A DNA stretch of 26,561 nt from a virus (lineage: Duplodnaviria > Caudoviricetes). Location of the stretch: the IMG/VR virus record IMGVR_UViG_3300021560_000062, positions 1 to 26,561 of that record; one strand, written 5' to 3'. Both the position numbers and the translations under genes were made by a program. This document shows, in pieces, positions 15,661 through 24,119 of the stretch. Every line of letters begins with the position of its first letter. Position 1 is the stretch's first letter. The notes beneath the pieces were generated by a model. It was not told the DNA's origin, searched no databases, and saw nothing but the letters and a program-made list of their open reading frames with translations.

Positions 15661-16538
15661 TCTACGCAGTCTCCCTCGTGCACCGGCTGCTGTATGTTGA
15701 ACGTCGGCCAGCCGGGACGCATGGTGAACTCAAGCGGCCAGGGCGTCCCCTTCTCGTCGATGATGGTGTTGACGTCGATATATCCCACATAGGCCAGCTT
15801 ATCCAGCGCATCCGTCAGCGGGACCAGCAGCTTGCGGGCAAGTTTTGAATCCGGGACGTAGCGCAGCACCGTGCCCTGCTCGCCGGTCGCCATCCCGAGA
15901 TCGTCGTTCATCAGCTTCTTGAACTCGAAATTCTCGCACCAGCCCTCGTTCCAGCCCCCTGGCCCGAACCAGCCGCCGATCGCCATCTCGATCCCCGGCT
16001 TGAACTCCTGCAGGATGAACGGCGTCTTCAGCTTGCCGATCTTCTTCCATCGTTGCAGCATGTAGACCATGTCTTCCGGTGAATCCGAGCAGTACGACAA
16101 TGCCTTGTCGGCATCCCCCGATGGCTTGCTGACGAACCGCTGGTCCGTTTTCTTGACATGCGCAATGGCGGCATCGTAGTCCGCGAACTCCCTCGACGGG
16201 ATGACGGCAATGCCGTGCTTGCGCAGCACCTGCTGTCCCTCGGTGCGATCAAGCTCCCACTGTGCCGACTCCTGCGAGGCCGAGATCACGGCGGCCTTCG
16301 GGTACTCCGCGCGGAAGGCGTCGAGGTTGACCAGGTAGAACGTGTTGTCAGTGTTGAAGATCAGGTCGGCCCAGCGCAGCCACGGCTTGAAATCATCCAC
16401 CACGGTGACGAGGCCCTTGCCAATCAGGGCGTTCTTGGGAATCGGCCGCTTGAATAATTTAACCTCGTGCCCGTGGGCCTGCGCCCGCATGGCGAAGTCG
16501 AGGCCGTTGCCGGCGGGATCAATCACCAGGACGCGCAT
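15207..16538 (-). CDS. PurD/GARS-like ATP-grasp ligase
   Basis: MRVLVID Rossmann start, ELDR, VSKP.G, ILQEF..GIE, FEFKKLMNDDLGMATGEQG (compare PurD DHKR..GD.GPNTGGMG), GYIDVN, PLEFTMRPGWP (compare LEFNxRFGDP). Confidence 0.9.
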   Translation of the reverse strand: MRVLVIDPAGNGLDFAMRAQAHGHEVKLFKRPIPKNALIGKGLVTVVDDFKPWLRWADLIFNTDNTFYLVNLDAFRAEYPKAAVISASQESAQWELDRTEGQQVLRKHGIAVIPSREFADYDAAIAHVKKTDQRFVSKPSGDADKALSYCSDSPEDMVYMLQRWKKIGKLKTPFILQEFKPGIEMAIGGWFGPGGWNEGWCENFEFKKLMNDDLGMATGEQGTVLRYVPDSKLARKLLVPLTDALDKLAYVGYIDVNTIIDEKGTPWPLEFTMRPGWPTFNIQQPVHEGDCVEWLQDLAKGRDARVFVPDLVSLGVVLAIPDYPYSHLTKKEVAGIPIYNARPSMWKHIHPCEMMMGEDVPQKNGQAIMQGPMIVTAGDYVLVMTATGPTVQDAALTCYRRMGRLIVPNSPMYRTDIGRRLAKQLPQLQSHGYATNLNYSQMH

Positions 16539-16683
16539 CTTTGTTTTCTGCTGTCGGGACAGGCTCCTGCTCCTCGTCCCGGCGCGCCAGCAAGGCCGGA
16601 TGCCCCAGCGCAGGATGAATCAGAGCCGGCATCCCGTAAGGCCAGCGTCGCAATGGCTTATTCGCTGGAGGCTGCTGCGTCAT
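16519..16683 (-). CDS. 54-aa Pro-rich peptide between the ejection protein and the ATP-grasp gene
   Basis: Manual translation: MTQQPPANKPLRRWPYGMPALIHPALGHPALLARRDEEQEPVPTAENKDARPGD. ATGA overlap with the upstream stop; it ends inside the ATP-grasp start. Confidence 0.5.
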   Translation of the reverse strand: MTQQPPANKPLRRWPYGMPALIHPALGHPALLARRDEEQEPVPTAENKDARPGD

Positions 16684-19592
16684 TTGTACCCGCTAAACTC
16701 CCGCTGCTGACGTTCTTTGATTTCTTCCAGCTTGCGTTTGAACAAAACCATGTCCTCGCTAACGTCCTCACCACGCTGTTGCTTCTGCGCGATGGCGTGC
16801 CGCTGCGCCGATATCCACTTTTTCATCTCGATGCTGCCCATGCCCTTGGCGGTGCCCTCCGGGTCTTGCAGGGACGATGGCGCTGGCCGGATGCCGGCGG
16901 CAGCCTCCAGCGGCTCGATCGCAGACCCTATTTTCTCCCCTGACAAAATGGCCTTGACGGATATCGGCACCATGGAGCCGCCGACGTGGTTGAGGTAGTC
17001 GCCGAACCATTCCGGCACGGTGGCACCGGGGCGGATGAATGGGTCGCTGCGCCAGTCGCTGCCGCCGTGTCCCATCACGGCGCCCAGCGTCTCGCCGAGC
17101 AGGCGCGGGCCGGTCGCGATCTTGTTGATGGCTTCCTGCTTGGCATCGTTGTACCAGCCGAACACGTCTTTCTGGTATCCCGGCAGCATCGCCCGTTCCG
17201 GCACTTCGCCCTTGCCGCCGAAGCCGGGAGCCACGCCGCCGGTGCGCGGCGCCATCAAGTCCTCGATGCTCTCCGGCCCCTTGCCGGTTTTAAGGTATTG
17301 ATAGGCCGCGCTGAGCGCCGCCACGCCGATCGGGAACGCCGTCACGTAGGCCACCCGTGGGTCGTAGTCCTTGCTGGCGATCGACAGCCGGGACGGATCG
17401 CGCAGGCCCGCCACCACCCCACCGCCAATCTCCTTGATCGTTCCCAGGTTCCACGAGTAGGAGCGTAACCCGAGCGTTGCTGCCTGCCGGCCGAACGCGT
17501 TCCAAAATTGATTGTCGTGCACCATCTCGCCGAAACGGTTGTCGATGGAGTCCCAAATCTTGCGCGCCATGGCCACCTGCTCCTGGTGGGTGGCGCCTGG
17601 ATTGGCGTCGATCCATTCCTTCATGGTGTCGTAAAAGGCGCCGTTCTTCAGCTTGGGGATATATTTCACGAACAGCGGGAAGGCGACCGTCTCCATCGTG
17701 CGCCCCACCAGCTTGGCGCTCTCGACCGCCCCTTGCCCAACCTTCCCGGCTGCTGACGGGCGGGCCAGCACGCGCTGCTTGGCTGCTTCCGCCTCCAGCC
17801 TGAGCGCGCCGCGCCGGAACGATGTCCAGAAATTCCCCATTGCGGACATCTCGTAGTCCTTGGCGTGCTCCTTTCCGGTCATGCGCGCACCGGCCTCGGT
17901 GGCAAGGTCCACGATCTTGCGCATGTCGGGAGTGCCCTGGCTGCGCCCGAGATAAACCTGCTCAACCTTGTGCCCGGTGATCGGCCTGGTGATCGGGGCC
18001 AGCGGAGCCGTCACGAGCGACCCGACCGCCTTGAGCGGCTTGCCGCCAGCGATCTGTGACACGCCTTTAGCCAGGTCGGACAAAAATGCTTCGTTGGCCA
18101 TGGTGAAAGCGTGGAAACCGGACAAGCCCAGCTCAAGCGCCGTGATGGCGTTGGAAGATCGCAAGGCGGCGTCGTAGATGTTGCCGGCGGTGTCGAAGTC
18201 GTGGACACCGCGCGATATGTGGTTGTTGTAGACCCGCGCCCAGTCGGCCGGCGCGAATGCCTGCGAGCCGTCGGGGCGGCGGGCACCGCGACCCTCCAGC
18301 GCCACGTAGCCGTCCGGCACCTTGAAGGCTCCCGGCAGGCCGGACGCGCCCATCACCCTCGGCTTGACGTACTGCACCGTGCCCTGCGCGACGCCCGTCT
18401 CCAGTGCCTCGGTCGAAGCGATGAACTGGTCCATGCTGCGCACGTAGCGCAGCGCCCCCTCCAGCGGGTTGGTGGTCAGAGGAACCAGGCCATTGGCGAT
18501 GCCGTCGGCAATCGTAGGGATGGTCCGGCCCTTCAGGCTCGCCCCCGAGCCCTGCTTGCTGACGCCCCCGCCGCCCGTATAGTTGTATGCGAACTGCTTG
18601 GCCTTGTTGGGGTCCTGCCAGAAGTGCGGGAAGTAGTCCGCGATGAAATGCGCCTGAGCGAACCTGGGCATCGATTGCAATTTGTTCTTGCGCTTCTCGA
18701 ACTCGCCCTTGAGCGTATTGGCCAGCGCACGCAGTTGCGGCGTGTTGCCGCCGCCCATGAGCGCCCCGCCGCCTTCCACGTAGTCGAGAAAAGCAATCTG
18801 ATCCTGGCGCGACAACTGGTTGACCAGATGATGCCAGGGTTCCACGGCGGCCTGTGTCATGGCCGTCTCGCGCGCCGCCGTGCCACTGGACTTGCGCAGC
18901 AACCCAGCGGCCTCCTGCGCGATCGGCGACACCGTTCCCGGCGACACTATCTTTTCGATCGGCCGCAGCAGCGTACGGATTTCCTTTCCGAAGCCGACAC
19001 CGGGCAACACCAATTCGGCGCCGGTGCGCAGCGACTCCTCCGGGAGCCCGGTCGCCCTGCTGACCGGCTGGGAGAAAATTTCCTTGATCGGCGACGAGAT
19101 CGGCGACGTGGCATAATCGAACGCACCGCCCAGGGTGGTCAACGCGCCAGCCGCGCGGTCGCCGCCGCGAAACATCTCGACGCCGCGCTTCATCGTCTCC
19201 ATGCCCTCGCGGGCAATCTCCGGCTGATGGCGTTCCGCTTGCCGCAGGCCAGCGGCAGCCAGCCCGTAGGTGCCTCCAGCCGCGATGTCCATGTATTGGC
19301 GCATCAGCTGCGTCTGCTTGTCCTCGCCGGTTTCCTGCTCCATCCGCTGCGTCTCTTGCGGCGTGGCGTCCGGCTTGGCGTACTGCTGCTCCCACGGCAT
19401 GCCGGCAGCAGGCGGTCCAGGGGCAGGTGGGCCAGCTTGCGGTGCAGGCGTGGGCGCCGGCGCATATTGCTGCTCCCACGGCATGTTCCCCGCCGCCGGC
19501 GGGCCAGCGGGCGCCCCGAGCGTGCCGCGCGGGTAGACCTCGATCTTGAGCGGCTTGCCTGGTTCGTAGGGAATTTCCCACGGGTCGGGCAT
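16680..19592 (-). CDS. Large internal virion/DNA-ejection protein (970 aa)
   Basis: Third of three Ala/Gly-rich genes after the GNAT. N-terminal PWE repeats, a helical body and a C-terminal hydrophobic stretch. Function inferred from podovirus synteny. Confidence 0.7.
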   Translation of the reverse strand: MPDPWEIPYEPGKPLKIEVYPRGTLGAPAGPPAAGNMPWEQQYAPAPTPAPQAGPPAPGPPAAGMPWEQQYAKPDATPQETQRMEQETGEDKQTQLMRQYMDIAAGGTYGLAAAGLRQAERHQPEIAREGMETMKRGVEMFRGGDRAAGALTTLGGAFDYATSPISSPIKEIFSQPVSRATGLPEESLRTGAELVLPGVGFGKEIRTLLRPIEKIVSPGTVSPIAQEAAGLLRKSSGTAARETAMTQAAVEPWHHLVNQLSRQDQIAFLDYVEGGGALMGGGNTPQLRALANTLKGEFEKRKNKLQSMPRFAQAHFIADYFPHFWQDPNKAKQFAYNYTGGGGVSKQGSGASLKGRTIPTIADGIANGLVPLTTNPLEGALRYVRSMDQFIASTEALETGVAQGTVQYVKPRVMGASGLPGAFKVPDGYVALEGRGARRPDGSQAFAPADWARVYNNHISRGVHDFDTAGNIYDAALRSSNAITALELGLSGFHAFTMANEAFLSDLAKGVSQIAGGKPLKAVGSLVTAPLAPITRPITGHKVEQVYLGRSQGTPDMRKIVDLATEAGARMTGKEHAKDYEMSAMGNFWTSFRRGALRLEAEAAKQRVLARPSAAGKVGQGAVESAKLVGRTMETVAFPLFVKYIPKLKNGAFYDTMKEWIDANPGATHQEQVAMARKIWDSIDNRFGEMVHDNQFWNAFGRQAATLGLRSYSWNLGTIKEIGGGVVAGLRDPSRLSIASKDYDPRVAYVTAFPIGVAALSAAYQYLKTGKGPESIEDLMAPRTGGVAPGFGGKGEVPERAMLPGYQKDVFGWYNDAKQEAINKIATGPRLLGETLGAVMGHGGSDWRSDPFIRPGATVPEWFGDYLNHVGGSMVPISVKAILSGEKIGSAIEPLEAAAGIRPAPSSLQDPEGTAKGMGSIEMKKWISAQRHAIAQKQQRGEDVSEDMVLFKRKLEEIKERQQREFSGYK

Positions 19593-21710
19593 TTACTGCA
19601 CCCTCTCCCAGCTCTCCTGCTTGTTGGGATCGCCGCCCTTGAAGCGGTAGCCGGAACGAACGTCGCCCGGCTGCGGCGCCGGCTGCGCAGCGCCCTCCTG
19701 CTCGCCACGCGGCTGCACCTGCGGCGTGGACGTCGGCGCCGGTCCGCGCCCCTGCATGAAGTTGCGCATGCGGGTGCGCGCCTGCTCCACCTCCTGGTCC
19801 ATCTCGTCCAGCAATGCTTTCTTTTCCGCCGGCTTGAGCATGTTGAAGGCGTTGCTGGCCTGCAGCGTCGCGCGAATCCTGGTCTTGTAATTATCCAGCA
19901 ATTGCCCGTAAGCCTTGAAGTCCTCGTTGGTGCGATCGTGCCGGATGCGTTCCTCCAGGGCGCGCTTCTGCAGCTCCATTTTTTGGATTTTATCGTCGGC
20001 CCGCATCTCCTGGCTGGCTTGCAAGCGCGCCTCGCGCTGCTGAAACTGCTCGCCGCGCTGCTTCAAGGCAGCCGACGCCGTCCCGGCGCGAATATCCTGC
20101 CCGCGCTCCGTCGTCATACGACCGGCTGTTGCCGTCTCAGCACGTCGTTCTTGTCCTTCGCGCATAACATCGGCACGCTCGCCGGCAATTTCCTTCTGCG
20201 TCGCCAGCCGCGCCGCCGTACGTGCATCCAGCCCTTGCTCGTGCATGATCCGCAAGGTGGCGTCGATCTGCTTGCGGCTCAATTTGTTTTCTTCGGCCGC
20301 GTCGAACAGTTCCTGCCGCTGCTGGCGATCCAGCCGCTTCATGTCTGCCTTGGCGTTGGTCGAGAACTCCAGGCGATCCATGCGCGCCTGGTCCTGCTTA
20401 TCTATCTCCTCCAGCCGCTGGCGCCCGCGCTCCTGCAAAAGACGCTCGCGTGATGCTTCCGCAGCAGCCGCCCGCGCATCCTTGCCTTCATCCAGCATCA
20501 GCTTGGTGGCGCGGTCGAACTCTGCTTGCGTCATGCGGTAGCCGGCCTGTTTCTCCACCTTGAGCAGTTCAGTTTCCGCACGCTCATGCGCAATGCGCTC
20601 GCGCGATGCTTCCGCACCAGCCGCCCGCTCGCCCACCGCGACGTCGTGCTTCTCTGCCCGTTCACCTACTGCAACGTCGTGCTTCTCTGCCCGCTCGCCC
20701 ACCGCTACATCATGCTTCTCTGCCCGCTCGCTGACCCTGGCATCATGCGCCGCCGTCCGCGCGTCCTTGCCTTCCTCGATCATCATCTTGGTGGCGCGAT
20801 CGAACTCGGCTTGCGTCATCTTGCGGTCGGCCGTCCTATCTATCTTGAGCAAATCATTCTCGGCTCTAATGCGTGCCACGTCGCGCGCGGCATCCGCCCG
20901 CGTTTCGGCCGCCTGAGTCGTAGCCCCCGCCCGCGTACCAGCTACGTCGCGCGACGTCTGCCCGCGCATGTATTCAAGCTGCAGCCGAACCTGCTCCCAT
21001 TGCTCGCGCGACTCGCCCGCCATGATCGTCTTGAAGCGGTCCACGATGCCGCCGATCACTTCCGGCGGCGCCCCTGGATTGGCCCGCACCGCCATCTGCG
21101 CGACCTGCTGCCAGGTCAATGGCTGGGGTTGCTGCCCACCAGGGCGCATCCCTGGAGGCATGCCGCCGCCAGGAGGAGCAGACTGCGGCGCTTGAACCAT
21201 GCCGCCGGTCGGTGCCCCGCCGACGTTGCCGACCGGGCCGGGAAACGGCTCGCCAGCGAAGCGCGCGTTAAAACCGCCACCCATGCCCCCAGGGGAGATC
21301 ATCCCGCCTGGAGGCCCGCCCCCCGGTTGCGGACCCGGTTGCGGAGGCACGCTAGCGCCCATGGGCGGCCCGCCCGGTGGACCTGCACCGGGCGGCATAC
21401 CGGGTGGGCCTGGTTGGGAGGGCTGCCCCGGCATGGGAGTCATGGGCTGCGCACCAGGGACCGGCGCGTTGAACAGCTGCAGCGTGCGGCCATACCCGGT
21501 ATCGATTGCCTGCCCGAGTTGATACTGCTGCCCCGCCTGCGTCACCCGCTGCTGCAGCTCCTGCTTCCGCAACGGCCCCAGGTCAATATCTTGCTGCGCC
21601 AGCTTCTGGCGCTGGCGCGTCAACTCGGTGTCCTCGATCTCCTTCTGCGCATCCAGGTAGCCGCCACCGACGCCCGCCAGCCCTGAAAGACCACCAAATC
21701 CCGGTGCCAT
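19593..21710 (-). CDS. Internal virion/DNA-ejection protein with Pro/Gly-rich and coiled-coil repeats (705 aa)
   Basis: Gly-rich N-terminus, long charged helical repeats and a C-terminal GYRFKGGDP...W motif; synteny. Confidence 0.7.
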   Translation of the reverse strand: MAPGFGGLSGLAGVGGGYLDAQKEIEDTELTRQRQKLAQQDIDLGPLRKQELQQRVTQAGQQYQLGQAIDTGYGRTLQLFNAPVPGAQPMTPMPGQPSQPGPPGMPPGAGPPGGPPMGASVPPQPGPQPGGGPPGGMISPGGMGGGFNARFAGEPFPGPVGNVGGAPTGGMVQAPQSAPPGGGMPPGMRPGGQQPQPLTWQQVAQMAVRANPGAPPEVIGGIVDRFKTIMAGESREQWEQVRLQLEYMRGQTSRDVAGTRAGATTQAAETRADAARDVARIRAENDLLKIDRTADRKMTQAEFDRATKMMIEEGKDARTAAHDARVSERAEKHDVAVGERAEKHDVAVGERAEKHDVAVGERAAGAEASRERIAHERAETELLKVEKQAGYRMTQAEFDRATKLMLDEGKDARAAAAEASRERLLQERGRQRLEEIDKQDQARMDRLEFSTNAKADMKRLDRQQRQELFDAAEENKLSRKQIDATLRIMHEQGLDARTAARLATQKEIAGERADVMREGQERRAETATAGRMTTERGQDIRAGTASAALKQRGEQFQQREARLQASQEMRADDKIQKMELQKRALEERIRHDRTNEDFKAYGQLLDNYKTRIRATLQASNAFNMLKPAEKKALLDEMDQEVEQARTRMRNFMQGRGPAPTSTPQVQPRGEQEGAAQPAPQPGDVRSGYRFKGGDPNKQESWERVQ
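20623..20731 (-). repeat. 33-bp coding tandem repeat (ERAEKHDVAVG, about 3.3 copies)
   Basis: Units start at 20623, 20656 and 20689, with a partial unit at 20722. Differences among full units are synonymous. Confidence 0.9.
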
Positions 21711-21728
21711 CTACGTTGCCTACGTCTG

Positions 21729-23210
21729 TTACGGAACCCAACTTCCAAACGGATTAGCGACGTTAAGCCCTTTGGGGCCGAGTCCGCTGGCGATGCCGGC
21801 AAGCCCGGTGCCGACCCCCTTCGCCGCCGCCTGTTGCTGGTCGGACACCGCCTTGGCCTGGGCAATCTGGTTGGCGTAAAGGTTGTTCTGCACCTGATTG
21901 GCCTGGTTGCCTAGGCCCAGGTAATTCAGGTAGTCGCTGATCTGCTGTTGCGGGATTTGTGACGCTTGCTGTCCAAACCCGCCCATCCCACCCAACAACG
22001 CCAGCTGGTTGCCGCTGATCCCTTGCGAGGCCAGATAGGGCATCGCCCCCGCCTGCTGGAACGCTCCCGGCTGCGCCCCCATCAGGTTAGCACCCGACAG
22101 CATATTCGCCACGCCGGCGTTCTGAATCCCGCTCCCCGTACCGTAGATGTTGGCCCCGGTGGCGATGTCGCTCACGCCTTGCCCCGTGATGTTGGCCGCA
22201 GTGTTGAGCCCACCGATTCCCATATTCTGCAAACCGCCGGCGGTGTTCATAATGTTGGCGCCAGCGCCCAGTGCACCGACGCCCTGGCCATAGAGACCGC
22301 CGGCGGTGCTCATCAGGTTGCCGCCCTGGCCGGCGAGCTGCCCGCCGGTGCCGAACGCCCCCATGCCGGCACCCAGGATGTCGCTCGCCGCTCCCGCCGC
22401 TTGCGCCTGCCGCTGAAGCTGCTGGTTCTGCCAGTCAATGTTGAAATTAGACATGGTCTGCCCCTCCACCCCGGCCCCGTAAGGGGTGGTGGCGACCCCG
22501 CGCGCCGCTTCGGCGGCACGCGTCTGATCCTGCACCTGCTGGGCAGTACGGTTATAGAGGGCATTCTGCGGATCGAACCCGGAGGCCAGGACCGGATTCA
22601 TGTAGGGCAAGATGCTGGCCCCCGCCCCGAACGCCTGGCCGCTCTGATTGAACAGGGGCTGCGCCTGTGCGGCCGTGACGTTGCCCTGGTTCATGAACCA
22701 AGGGGCAGCGCCGAACGCTTGGTTAGCCACCGGAGCGAGATTGGTCCCCATGTTGTAGATGTTGTTGGCCATGTTGCTGGCGGCACCCGCCATCGGGAAC
22801 ACCGAGCCGCCGGCGTTGGCCACCACGTTGGCCAGGCCGCCCAAACTCTGCCCCGTGTTAACCTGCCCCTGCCCTATGTTTTGAATATTCTGCCCGGTGC
22901 CAAAATTCCCCAGGGCGGTGTTCATGCCCAAGTTAGAAGCGAAATTAGCCGCCCCCTGGTACTGCGCCGCGTTGGGGTCGTTGATCGCCCCCTGAGCGAT
23001 CCCGCTGTACTGCGGAATGTTGTAGGTGTTGTACTGCCCGAGATTACCAATTCCGCCGAGCGCACTGTTGGCCGCACCGGTCATATTCGGCGCTTGCCAG
23101 GCGGGCGGCGCCTGCACTTGGGACGCCGGCGTGCCGCCGATCAGCCCCGCCAAGCCGCCGCCGAGCGACATCGCGCCCGCAGCCAGCATCCCCAAGCCAC
23201 CGAACGGCAT
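21729..23210 (-). CDS. Gly/Ala/Asn/Gln-rich DNA-transfer (pilot/ejection) protein, P22 gp7-like position
   Basis: Hydrophobic Gly-rich N-terminus MPFGGLGMLAAGAMSLGGGLAGLIGG, very few charged residues, immediately after the GNAT. Confidence 0.7.
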   Translation of the reverse strand: MPFGGLGMLAAGAMSLGGGLAGLIGGTPASQVQAPPAWQAPNMTGAANSALGGIGNLGQYNTYNIPQYSGIAQGAINDPNAAQYQGAANFASNLGMNTALGNFGTGQNIQNIGQGQVNTGQSLGGLANVVANAGGSVFPMAGAASNMANNIYNMGTNLAPVANQAFGAAPWFMNQGNVTAAQAQPLFNQSGQAFGAGASILPYMNPVLASGFDPQNALYNRTAQQVQDQTRAAEAARGVATTPYGAGVEGQTMSNFNIDWQNQQLQRQAQAAGAASDILGAGMGAFGTGGQLAGQGGNLMSTAGGLYGQGVGALGAGANIMNTAGGLQNMGIGGLNTAANITGQGVSDIATGANIYGTGSGIQNAGVANMLSGANLMGAQPGAFQQAGAMPYLASQGISGNQLALLGGMGGFGQQASQIPQQQISDYLNYLGLGNQANQVQNNLYANQIAQAKAVSDQQQAAAKGVGTGLAGIASGLGPKGLNVANPFGSWVP

Positions 23211-23211
23211 G

Positions 23212-23757
23212 TCACAACCTCATGGCAAACGTGGCCTGGGCGGGATTCAAGCCGAGACGCCTGAAGAACGCCATGCGGCCACGCATGAACTTGATGTTCT
23301 CAGTTATCAGAAGCCGCTTGGCCCCGCGCTCGCGTGCTTCATCGATCAGGTCGCGAAACCACCGCATGGCGAACCAGCCGCCGCGGTGGGCCGGATCGAG
23401 CCAGAAACGCTCCACCAGGCAGTGCAGGGTAGTGGCGTGGTTCAGCGTCGGCAGAAACAGCGCAAAGATGAAGCCCACGATCTTGCCGTCCGCGCGCGCC
23501 ACCGAGACCAGGAGCGACCCCTGTAGCTCATGGGCGTAAAACGCTTTCCAGTCCACCGCCAGCGGATAATCTTCATCCTCCAGCTCCCGCCACTGCCGTA
23601 CGAACAGGTCGGGGAGCTCAGGCGCAATATCCGCAAACCGCTCCAGCGCAAACGTCAGCTCAGGCTTCGCGCGGGCCGAGCGTCTTGGGTGTAGCGGCAG
23701 TACCTTGGCGGACGGCATCCTGGTTGACGCTTGGTCCGCTGTACCGGGTCGAGGCAT
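23212..23757 (-). CDS. GNAT-fold acetyltransferase-like protein
   Basis: VARADGKIVGF...FWLDPAHRGG...EARERGAKRL...FFRRLG; GGAGG SD 6 nt before ATG23757. Confidence 0.88.
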   Translation of the reverse strand: MPRPGTADQASTRMPSAKVLPLHPRRSARAKPELTFALERFADIAPELPDLFVRQWRELEDEDYPLAVDWKAFYAHELQGSLLVSVARADGKIVGFIFALFLPTLNHATTLHCLVERFWLDPAHRGGWFAMRWFRDLIDEARERGAKRLLITENIKFMRGRMAFFRRLGLNPAQATFAMRL

Positions 23758-23848
23758 CGCTGGCCTCCGGTGAACGGTTGTGCATCCCCTTCTGGTGAAT
23801 GCGCGTCTCAGCCGCGTGGCCGTCGCCGGACGGGGAACGGTTTTTCAT
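23660..23848 (-). CDS. Small hydrophilic hypothetical protein (62 aa)
   Basis: Strong AGGAGG SD before ATG23848, 2 nt after the upstream stop. Confidence 0.65.
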   Translation of the reverse strand: MKNRSPSGDGHAAETRIHQKGMHNRSPEASDASTRYSGPSVNQDAVRQGTAATPKTLGPREA

Positions 23849-23850
23849 GG

Positions 23851-24108
23851 CTACCTCCTGCGTCGCACCGATGATGACTCCTCACCGGTCGGGGCTTCAT
23901 GCACAGGCTCGCCGCGCGCTACCGCCTGCGCATCGGCCTGTTCCTTGTCGGCCGCCGCTACCGCTTCCTGCGCCTTCTTGTTTTCTTCCGCGCGGCGTTC
24001 AGCCAAGGCGTTGTTGTCAGGCAACGCGCCCATTGCCTGGAACTCACCCAAGAGAGCCAGGATATCGCGCAGCGCCTTCTCCAAGTTCTCCAGTCTCTGC
24101 TCCATCAT
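23851..24108 (-). CDS. Small coiled-coil hypothetical protein (85 aa)
   Basis: AAGGAGG SD before the ATG; helical charged sequence. Confidence 0.75.
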   Translation of the reverse strand: MMEQRLENLEKALRDILALLGEFQAMGALPDNNALAERRAEENKKAQEAVAAADKEQADAQAVARGEPVHEAPTGEESSSVRRRR

Positions 24109-24119
24109 GGAAGCCTCCT

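Noticed and set aside
15207-16538. Assigning the symbol purD (purine auxiliary metabolic gene)
   Set aside because: The substrate-binding motifs diverge from PurD and the context is structural; the fold is supported but the function is not.
18111-20453. Long antisense ORFs (18111..20453, 20526..21686, 21966..23264, 12234..13700 and similar)
   Set aside because: They mirror real high-GC genes on the opposite strand, and have no motifs or SD support.
20623-20731. 33-bp repeats as a CRISPR array
   Set aside because: They are directly tandem with no spacers, in frame, and vary synonymously, so they are a coding repeat.
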